Shown: positions 18,522 through 31,705 of the stretch, piece after piece
Numbering within the stretch: position 1 is the first letter of the stretch
How the letters are laid out: every line of letters starts with the position of its first letter
Assembly: GCA_002269645.1 (NCBI GenBank)
Contig: NIVC01001632.1
Coordinates: 192,664-256,663, forward strand
Reading direction: 5' to 3'
Length of the DNA stretch: 64,000 bases
Source of the DNA: Macrostomum lignano
Taxonomy: Eukaryota
Program-made: the position numbers and the translations under genes
The notes under the pieces: model-generated
Told to the model about the DNA's origin: nothing
Databases searched by the model: none
What the model saw: only the letters and a program-made list of their open reading frames with translations

Positions 18522-19626
18522 AGCAAAGCCATACACTCGTATGATCTGCATGACAACAAATTTGCAGTGATTGTTCTGGCGTACACGCTGACGCAACAAG
18601 TGAGAGGAGGAGTGGAGACTGATATCAACTGCAGCAGTGAGTGAAGAGCTTTGAAGAGCGCCCACTTTAGCACGAGGGCCCATACTTATGTATCAAATCT
18701 AGGTTTAGGTTCTACTTAGGGATCGGGCGCCTACTTTAGGATCAGGATGTCTACTTTAGGATCAGGATGTCTACTTTAGGATCAGGGTGTCTACTTTAGG
18801 ATCAGGATGTCTACTTTAGGATCAGGATGTCTACTTTAGGATCAGGATGTCTACTTTAGAATCGGGGTGATTACTGAAGTATCAGTGGTGATTACTAAAG
18901 TATCAGGGGTGATCACTAAAGTATCAGTGGTGATTACTTAAGTATCAGGAGTCATTATTAAGGCATCAGGGGTGATTACTTAAGTATCAGGGGTGATTAC
19001 TAAAGTATCAGGGATGCATCTTTAGCATTCAAATAGCTGGACATACTCGATGAACCACAGACCAATTCCAGTATCAGTATTACACTACTCAATCCCCTGC
19101 ATCCAGAAAAAGTATTCAACTGCATCCAGTGCTCAACAGACAGCAGCGATGCCGGGGCCAAAGCGTGCAGAGATCCATTTAATCCAACTCTGAGGCGAGA
19201 AGTTCACAATTTGCGCAAATGGAAAGGCAACGACGAAATTAGTGGCAAAGCGCTGCTGGCCAGGTACAATATCAGCACCACACTATGCGACACTTTCTGC
19301 GTCAAATGGGTTAGGGCGACCCGGTTAGGTGAGCAATAAAAGACAATAGACGATTTCTCTAAGTGTACTGTGCGCATAGAAACCAACCCCAATGAATAAT
19401 TTCAGACCAGGCTATCAGCATAATTCGCACCTGTTCGACTAAGATGAACATTCGATTTAATCAAAACTTGCCAGTGTGCATAAGTGAATCGCGTACAGGA
19501 AGTGGAGTGCTGTGCTTTTGTAAGGATGCCTTGTGCAATACAGCTGGCAGCCTGTATGGTGGCAGACTATGGCCAACTGTTTTAGTTGCTATGGCACTCT
19601 TGCTAGCACTAAGTAGCATGAGGTGA
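18522..19626 (+). CDS. qvr: quiver/sleepless-like Ly6 GPI-anchored protein (5' start unresolved)
   Basis: Exons (about 18505 or 18522)-18636, 19107-19328, 19406-19626 with GT-AG and phase-1 joins give ...FAVIVLAYTLTQQVRGGVETDINCSKKVFNCIQCSTDSSDAGAKACRDPFNP...LCDTFCVKWVRATRLDQAISIIRTCSTKMNIRFNQNLPVCISESRTGSGVLCFCKDALCNTAGS...LLLALSSMR. This is collinear with recalled Drosophila QVR (CYEC, [34 protein letters not shown]). Confidence 0.85.
18715..19022. repeat. 20/21-bp AGGATCAGGATGTCTACTTT array (qvr intron)
   Basis: About 14 degenerate copies; shares a core with the 33-bp array at 16520. Confidence 0.9.
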
Positions 19627-21834
19627 AGCAGCAAAATAGCTTTCTTTCTTCAATTAAATACAATACATTAATTTTACAAAATCATTTAAAATTCCTGCTT
19701 ATGCTGATTTTTTCATATTTTTCAGTAATCAATTTAAGCAGCTTTGCATACAGTGAAATTCTGTAAACCTGCAATTGGTCAACAGTGATTTCAGTTTACA
19801 ACTGGGCACACAAGAGACAGTAGAGACAAGAGTGCAAATGATCAAGTCTGCTAGCTGCCTGCCTAGTTGTGCACACAGAACAGAAAGATTGAAAGTGATT
19901 GATAGAAGTCATTAGGTATATTACTCTATATATATCAGTCAAAATTGACATCTGAGTATACTCAGACTTCTGTGTAGCATTTTAATACAGGTATTTAAGA
20001 AAAAAAGAAAAAAACTATGTATAAATTTACTAATATTGGCAACTAATAAAAATGAAGAATAGCAAAATGCCTACTATTAAGTAGAAAAAAGATATTAAAA
20101 AATTAAGAATTATAACTATATCACCTGGATTAGGTATCTGATAGAAGATAGATATTAGACTATGGAATAAAACCAAATAGCAAACCATTTTAACAGTTGA
20201 ATTGCACATTTTATGATTGATAAACATACTTTTCAAGCATATAAATTCATTGTAATATACTTGTAAAAATACATTGCTTAAGATTTTCATACTTAAAGAT
20301 AGGACAAAATGATTTTTTTATCCAATTTGATTTGAATATCTAATAGAACTGATTTGAATACCAAACAACAATGAAAATGAATATTTCATTCAACAATATA
20401 CCAACTTTACTACCTATTAGTCACTTGTCAGTAGTGCTAATTGATAGTTGAAAGAATTCTTTCTAAATAAATTGACCTATCAAATTAACTAAAAATGTGA
20501 GCTGATTTTCATTTTTTTATGAATGCTCTATTCACTGTTCTATTTTCTTGTAAAAACTATCACACAGGTAAATGCTTTGGCAAAGCCATGAATTGCAATG
20601 ACTAAACCTCTGCAGAAATGTCTAGCTAGAAGCATATGGTCAACCAATAGGCCTGCATCTTCTTGTCTTATAAAATGTGCCTAGACCAAATGTCCAACCA
20701 ACCCTTCTAAGTTTATGGTAATTAGCACCCCTGAATCCATGTTCCATAAACTTGATTTTTAATGCCTCACTTCTTCTAAAGCTTTAAAGTCTCCCTAAAG
20801 CCGTGGTATGCAATCTAAGCACATGCTCACAATTGCTTAAGCACCCAGCTTTTCCTCGAGATGTGCTATATGTTGCCCTATCTTTAATTTCCTCCCTCTT
20901 TTGTAAGCCATAAGCCCACAACCCCTAACACTCTCAACTCATCAAACATAAACTTCTTAGTCCTTAATTCCCTAATTCCTATTTATTTCTAATTTTTCCC
21001 TTAATTCATGAACCAATACTCAATTTTATACCAATAATTAGCTTTTAAGTTAACATGACTATTTTGTTTAGATTATCAACTTTCTGATTCTGATTTAAAC
21101 CAAAAATTAGGTCAAATTGATTTGATTTCAAATAATTGTCCCATCTTTAGTCATACTATAGCTAGTTATTAAGCTTGAAAGATTTTAACCTTCAAATGAA
21201 ATTTTGGGATGCATTAGACCCTATAATAATTTTCTATATATTTTTTATAGAAAATTTCTGTTATTATAGCCAATCCCATTGAGGGTTTAAATGATAACAA
21301 TGAAAAAATGACTAAAACATAAGAAGATAAGAAGATAAAAAGAAGATAATCTACTTATAAACAAATGATTTATATATATAGAAAAAGTTTAACTAGGCCT
21401 AATAATAACATTTTCATCAAATAGGTTAAATTGTAAAATGGTTCAAAAAGGCAACTAGTTAAATAAATTGTTGTTATCTAATAATAAATTTTTAAATGAG
21501 TATGATAAATACTATAACAATAATTATTAGGCCTAGCATATAAATATTTATCAAATGAAATATTTTCAGTTTATTCTAAAAAAATTCTATTTAGGTCAAG
21601 TTGTCTCATTTATATCTATATCATTGCATTGAAAAACAAGAATATTTAATTCTATAAATAGGATGGTCTACTGAATTCTTTTTTTCTCTATTTATTTTAT
21701 TCAATGTATCAATCAAACAATGAGTTTGTTAAAAGAATTTTTTTAAAGTAACAATATCAATTATTTTATTATACACTAAACTTTTATACTTAGCAACCAT
21801 TTTTGCTAATAAATAAAATGATAATGGGGCACAT

Positions 21835-22420
21835 CACCAAGATGGCCATACACCAAGATGGCCACAGATCTAAATGTCTAAATTAAAATAAATAATAATA
21901 AGTATAGGTCTATATTTCACTCATTTCCATTTTCTTATTGGTAATAATTAGGAAGATAGATGCTAAAATGGAATTATATTACATTACATTATAATCATTC
22001 GGATTCATTCCCTTTGTTTTTAGGCCTAGCTTTTATTATAGCTTGACTTATAGATGTTTAGATACTAAATCAAGCAAGTAGCAAAGCATAAAATAAATAC
22101 CTTGTTGCATATTTATCTCATTTTGTATAGCATTAATATTAGCAATGGTTTCTTAATAAACTGAAAGTGATATATTTGATATATATTGACTTATGGGAAT
22201 AAATTAGCATAAACACTAAAAAGCTTAAAGATTTTATATTATGAATAATTTGTTTCAAATCTATTATTGTATCAATATTTATAAATATGAGTGATTAAAA
22301 GAAAATAATGCATGATAATAAAACAATAGCTATTAAGTTGCTAATTATTGTTAGAGAGAAAATAGATATAATAGAGATTTAATGTGGCTATGGCCATTTT
22401 GGTGTGTAGCCATCTTGGTC
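21835..22420. mobile_element. Candidate MITE defined by about 33-bp imperfect inverted repeats
   Basis: CACCAAGATGGCCATACACCAAGATGGCCACAG (from 21835) pairs with CTATGGCCATTTTGGTGTGTAGCCATCTTGGTC (22388-22420). No target-site duplication identified. Confidence 0.5.
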
Positions 22421-22619
22421 TCACACTAATAATGGCGATAAAATATTGATAATTAAAATAAAAATTGAAAATATTGGAATAAAATACTTAAAAAGTTTGT
22501 AATTCAAGCAAACATAAATACAGTTAGTTATAAACAACAAATATAGCCATAGATAAATAAATTCATATATAACTCTTACAGGCTTACAAAATCATTTTTC
22601 ATTAAGATTCAAACTTAGA

Positions 22620-22794
22620 TAGGGGCAGACCGAAGGGGGGGGCAATGGGGCCATGCCCCCCTTAGCTCTGCCAAAAAATCCTTAGATGTATTGGTATCAT
22701 GCTGTATTGGTATCATGGTATCCTAATTGCAGCTCTGGCCTGACCAGATGTGAGGCTTGCCCCCCCCCCACAATAAAATCCAGGTCCGCCCCTG
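22620..22794. mobile_element. 175-bp hAT-type MITE
   Basis: Terminal inverted repeats TAGGGGCAGACC / GGTCCGCCCCTG and a perfect 8-bp target duplication AACTTAGA at 22612-22619 and 22795-22802. Confidence 0.88.
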
Positions 22795-24760
22795 AACTTA
22801 GATCAGTATACAAAAGTTCAAATTCCAGCCAAGAATCAATTTAGAATACTTCTTTTAAAACATTGAACAATATTATAATTAATATAGTATTCAATATATC
22901 AAGCTATTGGAATCTATTATTAAAGAACCTTTATTTCAATTATTGCATATATAGCATACTACTTAAAATTATAAAATTGACAAAAATAAAATCTATTAAA
23001 AAATTCTAAGCCTAGCTGCCTAGCCAGACTGATATATAGCAATAAAATACATAATATAATTGAGCCTACAATTTAATTTTGTAGTAGTGCTTCAATACTG
23101 TACGAATTTTGAGCAATAAAGGTATGTTTTCTTAGAAACCAAACTTGTGCGAAATACTAGATAAATATTTCGTTTTACTGTACCGAATAATTTGTTTTAC
23201 TGCGTGAAATAAATTGGGGAATTATTTTTTGTTTTAATTGTATGGGGGGAAACCACTATATATAGGAGTGATTTTGTAGCAAATAAACCAACTGTCTTTT
23301 ACCTGTGAGCAAATATCGCGAACAAAATAAGCAGTTCAATCTAAACCTTTCAAAGTCTTTCGAGTTGATTAGCAACTTATTCATTTGCAAAGTCTGAGAA
23401 ACGATTCCAAGAGATTTGCTAAGAAAAGGGAATCAGGGGATAATTCGCAGAAGTATTACAAGAGGCGCCGTGACCCTCTAGCCTCGGCGAACGCCCGATT
23501 AGGACTATTCACTAATATATATACTAGTACTAGACCGCTCAGGCCATAAGCTACTAGAACGCTACCAGAAAGCTGGCCAAAAGCTACCAGAAACGATACT
23601 AAGAACGCTACCCAGAAATATTTAAATGAAATTCTAAGAAATAGTTAGGGAGTAGAGACAAGTATAATCAGGATAACTGTAGTTGGCAAACAGGAATAAC
23701 CCCTGTGACAACTTGGTGGCATAACAATGGAAATTTCATAGAAGCCAAAAGTCCTGTTACCACCTAGTATCAGCGGTTGGGATTAAAATTGATAAAGTAG
23801 GAGGTAAAACACCGGTAACAAGTTAACAACTTGGTGGCAATATTGGGATAGTTGGAGGACAGAAGTAAGCCCTACGACAATTTATATAATTTGGAAGTAA
23901 TGTTAACAATTATTTATTGTGTAAATACTAAAAATAATTTTATCTATTCATAAAACTATATATAAATTGTTATTTTTTATTATCACACAATATTATCTTA
24001 GTATACAATATTACATACAATCACAATATAATATAATATAATATATGCTATACATTTTTACTTAGTCTTAAAATAAAACATAAAATTTTATTTACAAAAT
24101 CTGATTTTTTTAATCACTTGCTCTTGCAATTATGCAGCTAAAATAGAATAAATAGGTGAAATAATGAAAAAATAAAGATAGGTACAGACATCAGTATTTT
24201 TACAATAGAAATTTATTGAATCATTCTAATGACAATGTCTTGAGATCTACTGCTAATCCTTGGACAGTCTTGTCTGTTGTAATTCCTAACTGATTCAAGC
24301 GATAATGACCCACAGCTATATATTATATTTCTAGCTCAAGTATCTTTTTTTATAAAAATCGTTGCTTAAAAGTATTTATTTTTTACACAAAACGTTGAAA
24401 GATGTGAAATAAAAACGATTTATGCGAAAAAAAAGCGAACGAGCTTCTTCTTGGAACGATTTCCGCGCTGATATAGAGTTTGAATTAGTTCCGCGTAGCT
24501 ACACAAACAAAATTTTATGCTTAAAGCTAACTTTACTTTGTATTTCTATACTATAATAATACTGTTTATTTAATAAAACTAGCTTTCCAATTTTTAAAGT
24601 AGGGTTCTGTAAACTGTCATAGGTTTTTAATGTACACGATTAGGCTGCGTTAAATCTGTTAATTGCGTTCTAACTAACTTTATATTACTATATACGTATG
24701 GGCTAATAGCAGCTGAAATCACTACATGTAAATACACTTAATACACTTTTCTTCTCTGTT

Positions 24761-24999
24761 CAGGGACAACGATCAATACTCGGCCGGGACGGGAAACGAC
24801 AAAATTTGGAGGCCGATCTATTAATAACTTAGTCCTTGAAAAGCATTACTTGGATAGGTTCTACACTATACCTTGTAGTCAGTGAGTTTGTGTCAGCGAT
24901 AAAAATCTATCCAAGCTATGCTTTTCTAGGACTAAATTATTATATATAGATCTCGTCCTCCAAAGTTTCCCGTCCCGAGTATTGAGTACATAGTCCCTG
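24761..24999. mobile_element. 239-bp foldback MITE, probably Mutator-type
   Basis: About 100-bp imperfect inverted arms starting CAGGGAC and ending GTCCCTG; 9-bp flanks TTCTCTGTT (24752-24760) and TTCTCCGTT (25000-25008) differ at 1 position. Confidence 0.75.
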
Positions 25000-25639
25000 T
25001 TCTCCGTTTAAGGTTAAATTTAACATTGGGGCCTAAAAAGATGAATCAAATGATGTCCTGTGTTCTTTTAGTATCTATGTATGAAACTCAAAGAGGTAAC
25101 ATGCATGCAATTAAGTAAGCTTTTGGTCATTGAAAAATCAGAATTTCAAGAATACTGTATTATGGCGCAAACACTAAACAAACATTAGTAATGTGCGCCC
25201 GACAATCCTAACTAAAGACTTACATTTGCTTAGTTGCTCCTAGTCAGTTGAACGAAGTGTGAATTTACGAGGAAAGCCAGCTGGACCTGATCAAACTGGT
25301 GAAGATGAGTGGCCAATTTACTGAAGCGAAGGTCGCAGTAGACCCGAAAACGAAATAGTTCCCAGTCAATCAACTTATCAATCAGTCAGATTCCCAAATC
25401 ATGCAAACCAACCGCCAGGCATGCACTTTAGGGCTGTCCCAGGCGGTGAAGCGACAGGAATGAGTCATTAGAGTTAGTCTAAGGATCATTCTGAGGCTCT
25501 GATAGTTCTGCATCAGCTCCATCGGCCGACGAGTTGACATTTCAAGACAAAAGCGAGCAATACATATGCATGTATTTTCTGGGAATTCTATAATTTAATA
25601 GTACATGCAGCGGTGCAGTACAAGACATGATGTCCTATA

Positions 25640-26330
25640 GGTGCATGTGATGTATCTCAGTATATCCCTATCTATGATGTCCCATGGTTCCTGATCTAGC
25701 TGCATGTGATGTATCTCAGTATATCCCTATCTATGATGTCCCATGGTTCCTGATCTAGCTGCATGTGATGTATCTCAGTATATCCCTATCTATGATGTCC
25801 CATGGTTCCTGATCTAGCTGCATGTGATGTATCTCAGTATATCCCTATCTATGATGTCCCATGGTTCCTGATCTAGCTGCATGTGATGTATCTCGTGTAT
25901 ATCCCTATCTATGATGTCCCATGGTTCCTGATCTAGCTGCATGTGATGTATCTCGTGTATATCCCTATCTATGATGTCCCATGGTTCCTGATCTAGCTGC
26001 ATGTGATGTATCTCGTGTATATCCCTATCTATGATGTCCCATGGTTCCTGATCTAGCTGCATGTGATGTATCTCGTGTATATCCCTATCTATGATGTCCC
26101 ATGGTTCCTGATCTAGCTGCATGTGATGTATCTCGTGTATATCCCTATCTATGATGTCCCATGGTTCCTGATCTAGCTGCATGTGATGTATCTCAGTATA
26201 TCCCTATCTATGATGTCCCATGGTTCCTGATCTAGCTGCATGTGATGTATCTCGTGTATATCCCTATCTATGATGTCCCATGGTTCCTGATCTAGCTGCA
26301 TGTGATGTATCTCGTGTATATCCCTATCCA
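25640..26330. repeat. 60-bp tandem repeat
   Basis: About 11.5 copies in two variants (CTCAGTAT / CTCGTGTAT); ORF 25814..26182 is its translation. Confidence 0.97.
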
Positions 26331-26847
26331 CGAGTATGATGCCATTATACTATATGGTTCCTGATAAATTTGCATGTAACGTATATCGTGTATCATTAAT
26401 TCTCAATCGAAAATGGCGCTCAAAGCCTACAGTAAGTTATAGCAAGTCATACTTTATTCTAAATACACTGTACATGTACTCTGATCTCAGTATGCTGCAT
26501 ACACAGATCACTGAGCTTCACAAAAGCAATGGCATCAGTAGCATACACATTCTTACTCTAAACCGTATTATTGTCACCGTACGGACAAGGCACAGCTGCG
26601 CAGTATATTTATTCTCCGTTTTTTGCCTGACAAGAAAATAATTAGGAAGGAATTATACCAGGAATTGCGCACCTTTCAGTTAAATAGAATCAAAGGAAGC
26701 AGACAAACGCTTTAAAAACCCGCTGCCAGATTCCAAACTATTGTATTTGTGTTGCGCTTGATTCTGCGACTCTTCTGGTGAGACGAACCGCTTGAAACCG
26801 AATGCAGATTAGCGGTAGAGGAAGGGCCAGGCAGAGCAGAGCGATAC

Positions 26848-27740
<893 letters not shown>

Positions 27741-28689
27741 GGCGTGACGTCGACTCTCGCTTTAGTTAGAGAGATGGGTGCGGAAAACGTGCTGTTTAAA
27801 ACGGGTTCACCTGTTTTCTTCCGTTCAATTTTTTGCTGGTAAATGCGATAGAATTTTGCGCATTAATAGTTGATTGTTTCATTATTTTGGCAGCTTCAGT
27901 GCGCAGCTCAGGCTGAGAGGACGCAAGCAATTTTTTCGAAGCAGTTTAAAACAGATTCGAGTACTCATGCGGAACGTGATTTTTCCGTCTCAAATTTTCC
28001 AAAAGTAATTACACTGACAGTAATGAGAAAAGTGGCGTGGCTATGATTATTAAAATTCAGTCTGCTCATTGAATTTCGCAGACTAAAAATTAATTGATCA
28101 CGACTGTGCCACCACCTGGCCGAATGAATTGGCACTAATTACTAAAATAATGATTTCGAGTTTCTATGGAACAGAATCATTACAAAGCTCATTCGTGCTT
28201 TAAACTAGAAAGTTTTTTACAAGCTGAACGTGAAGCGGTGAGCTTCCATCAAAAAAGCCCGTACCTACAGATAAATCTCTTATGTGAGTGCACCATCGTA
28301 AAAGAGAAGTCACCACCGCACTCAAGTCGCCATGCAGTGTGGCTCAGAATCCGATTTGATTGGCTGAGGACCGCTCGGACCAGTAGGGGACAACCGGCCA
28401 CCCGGCTAGCGGCAAACATGAGCTAAATTTCAACTCAAGTTTCCTTTTTAAAGTAAGGAAACAGGAAGCAGACTGGCTCTTGATTTTGCAGTATAGAAAT
28501 CCGCGAGGTACGGACTTGTCTCATTTGAAACGGCAATTCAGGATCAGAGAGGAGACGTTATTAGAGTAAGTGGCTTGATAGTCTGCTGCATTCTTCACAG
28601 AACGGTAGCTTTTGAAGATATCGTGCTTAAAGAATCGTCCTTAACGATACGTTGCTTTCATAGGCACTCAACTAACTGGCATATATAGC

Positions 28690-30054
28690 GTGGAATCGAT
28701 CTCGCCAACCTTCAACTACAGTATGCGGGATGTTCTGCAGACAATGCCAGCTCTGTGCTCCGTCGGCATTGCGATCTGCAGTGCCAGCGTTGTGCTCAAC
28801 ATTTGGATTTTCTTCGTACTGAGAAACTTGCGAACCGCCTCTTCATCTGGAGACTCGGGCAGAGGCTACAACTTGACGCTGATTCGGCACCTGCTACTCA
28901 CTGACGTCATCACCGCGGTGTTGGTGGTCACAGATTTGGTACTGAAAGCGCAGGGCGTAGAAACTTCGGCACCGAGACTTCCCTCGCCACCTAAGAGTTT
29001 TTTTCCGGACCTAAACAGCACAACTACTGGCCGGCCGTGGCTCCCATCTTTGCCTTCGTCATACGCCCTGCTTCATTCGCCTCTGCGGCCACTTCTGCCT
29101 CCTACACCTTCGTCGCTGACCAACAAACCGTACAAAGGCTTCAGGCCGATGGCTGGCTACAACTGCTTCCGTTGCTTCACCAGCCAGAGTCTGTACAGCT
29201 CGCACGCTCTGACCCTGATGGCGCTGACTCTGATTGCTATTGACCTGTACATTTTCGTCATCCGAGCTCTGTCCTATCAAAGCGCGTTTTTTGTCCGGTG
29301 CCTGACAAGGCTGCTGCTTGTCAGCTGGGCAATCTGCATCGGTCTGACGGTTTTACCAATAGCCTATCATGCAGCCGTCACGGCCAGTCTGCCACCCCTT
29401 AATTTGACAACTGAGCAGCAGGAATCGCCGATTATATATTACTACTGTCGCTTCAAGCCGGATCTGATGGATCGGTTTTGCTGCGTCTGTCATCTGAGCG
29501 CAGACTTCTACAACTTGCAGGTTATTCTGGCCGTGTTCCTCGTCTCGTGTTGCATCGTGACATTCTGCTATTCGCGCATCGTGCTCACGATTTGTCGCCT
29601 AGCGGCGTCGGCACCCGGCCAGGCTCCGACTTCAATAGCGACAGCGGCTCGCCAAAATGTACGCGGCGTGGCCACTTCCGTCGGTCTGCTGCTGCTGTTC
29701 TATGCGCTCTTCCTGCCTTACTTTGCGCTCGTGCTGAAAACAAACATGATGGTGTTTGTGAACAGATCCGAGGCTCAAATTATGACGAACGAACATCTGA
29801 GCGAATACTTCGAAGTTGTCATGGTAACGTACACACTATTCAACCCACTGGTGTATGCGTGCCGTCTGCGCGCAATCAGGCGTCGATCATCGCGCACGCT
29901 GGCGGTGGCGATGCTCGGCCGGCGACGAACTCGAGACTCGGCGGCCCAGCACTTGGTGCCGTGCTCCAGCAATCACCATCTGCTTTCGGCCAGGTATGAA
30001 TTGGCATGTTCTACCTTAGTTACTGAGTTAGAACTAGGGGCTATCTACGATTGA
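28690..30054 (+). CDS. Orphan rhodopsin-like (class A) GPCR, single coding exon
   Basis: Seven hydrophobic segments; TM1 SVVLN, TM2 HLLLTD, TM3 IAIDLY (DRY position), TM5 FCYSRI, TM6 LFLPY, TM7 NPLVY. The listed start is GTG; the first ATG is at 28723, and AG acceptors at 28663 and 28688 allow an upstream exon. Confidence 0.88.
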   Translation: MESISPTFNYSMRDVLQTMPALCSVGIAICSASVVLNIWIFFVLRNLRTASSSGDSGRGYNLTLIRHLLLTDVITAVLVVTDLVLKAQGVETSAPRLPSPPKSFFPDLNSTTTGRPWLPSLPSSYALLHSPLRPLLPPTPSSLTNKPYKGFRPMAGYNCFRCFTSQSLYSSHALTLMALTLIAIDLYIFVIRALSYQSAFFVRCLTRLLLVSWAICIGLTVLPIAYHAAVTASLPPLNLTTEQQESPIIYYYCRFKPDLMDRFCCVCHLSADFYNLQVILAVFLVSCCIVTFCYSRIVLTICRLAASAPGQAPTSIATAARQNVRGVATSVGLLLLFYALFLPYFALVLKTNMMVFVNRSEAQIMTNEHLSEYFEVVMVTYTLFNPLVYACRLRAIRRRSSRTLAVAMLGRRRTRDSAAQHLVPCSSNHHLLSARYELACSTLVTELELGAIYD

Positions 30055-30324
30055 CTGCAGAATCTCACTGTGGAGTTTTTCCGTAACATTTTTCATTCCA
30101 GGCATCCGAGGAGCCCCGAAAGTTTGACTCGCAGCTGTTTGTCTGGTCAAGAGGCGCAGCGGAAGCAGCTGCAACTGTGCTTGCCACCGCCGCCAAGGTC
30201 ACCTCAAGCGAGAGAAGAAGGCTGTGTTGAGCAGTTCGAGTTGCAGCCGATGTGATTTCTACTAGTGAGTGAGATGTCTTAAAACTTTCGGAGTTTAGAG
30301 ACACAAGGGACCTCGGGGAAATCA

Positions 30325-30482
30325 GGGAGTACCAGTGACACAAAGGAGTACCAGTTACACAAAGGAGTACCAGTGACACAAAGGAGTACCAGTGACACAA
30401 AGGAGTACCAGTGACACAAAGGAGTACCAGTGACACAAAGGAGTACCAGTGACACAAAGGAGTACCAGTGACACAAAGGAGC
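30325..30482. repeat. 19-bp ACCAGTGACACAAAGGAGT array
   Basis: About 8 copies. Confidence 0.95.
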
Positions 30483-30895
30483 ATCTGGCGCACCACAAGG
30501 CAGCGCCAGGGGCACTCGGATTTCGCGGAAGTTTTGGCATCCTGTTTGATGACAATATCGCGTTTTTTCGAATTATCAAAGCAAATGTCCCATTCACTCG
30601 CGTGCGCCAGTTCCCAGAACAAACAAGCTGTTGTTGCGGGTGACACCTGACAGCTCGTAATTGAATTAGCCTGCGTGCAGGGCCTGATTTATTGCATTTC
30701 TAGGTGCGCCTAATAAACGTAACTATTGTGAACGTGGCGCCTTGACTGACTGGCTGACTGACTGTTGGGTGCTGCTGCACTCGTATTTCGTCACTTGAAG
30801 ACTGAGCCAAGAGGAAATTGGCCAATATAATCCGGCATAAGTTCATACAGCTCAGACTCAAGTCAATCCGAGATTATCCATCACCCAAGGAAATG

Positions 30896-31705
<810 letters not shown>

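Larger units (their letters stand above)
19980..25150. other. Strongly AT-rich island containing several MITE-like elements
   Basis: Abrupt drop in GC (roughly a quarter GC by eye, not computed), no tandem arrays and no convincing ORF. Confidence 0.7.

Noticed and set aside
20030-20290. Hydrophobic 86-aa minus-strand ORF in the AT-rich island
   Set aside because: F/I/L richness is expected from AT-rich DNA; no motif or credible splice sites.
25640-26330. 60-bp repeat as a possible CRISPR array or coding repeat
   Set aside because: Units are contiguous with no unique spacers, there are no cas genes and the context is eukaryotic; the open frame has no unique start or end.
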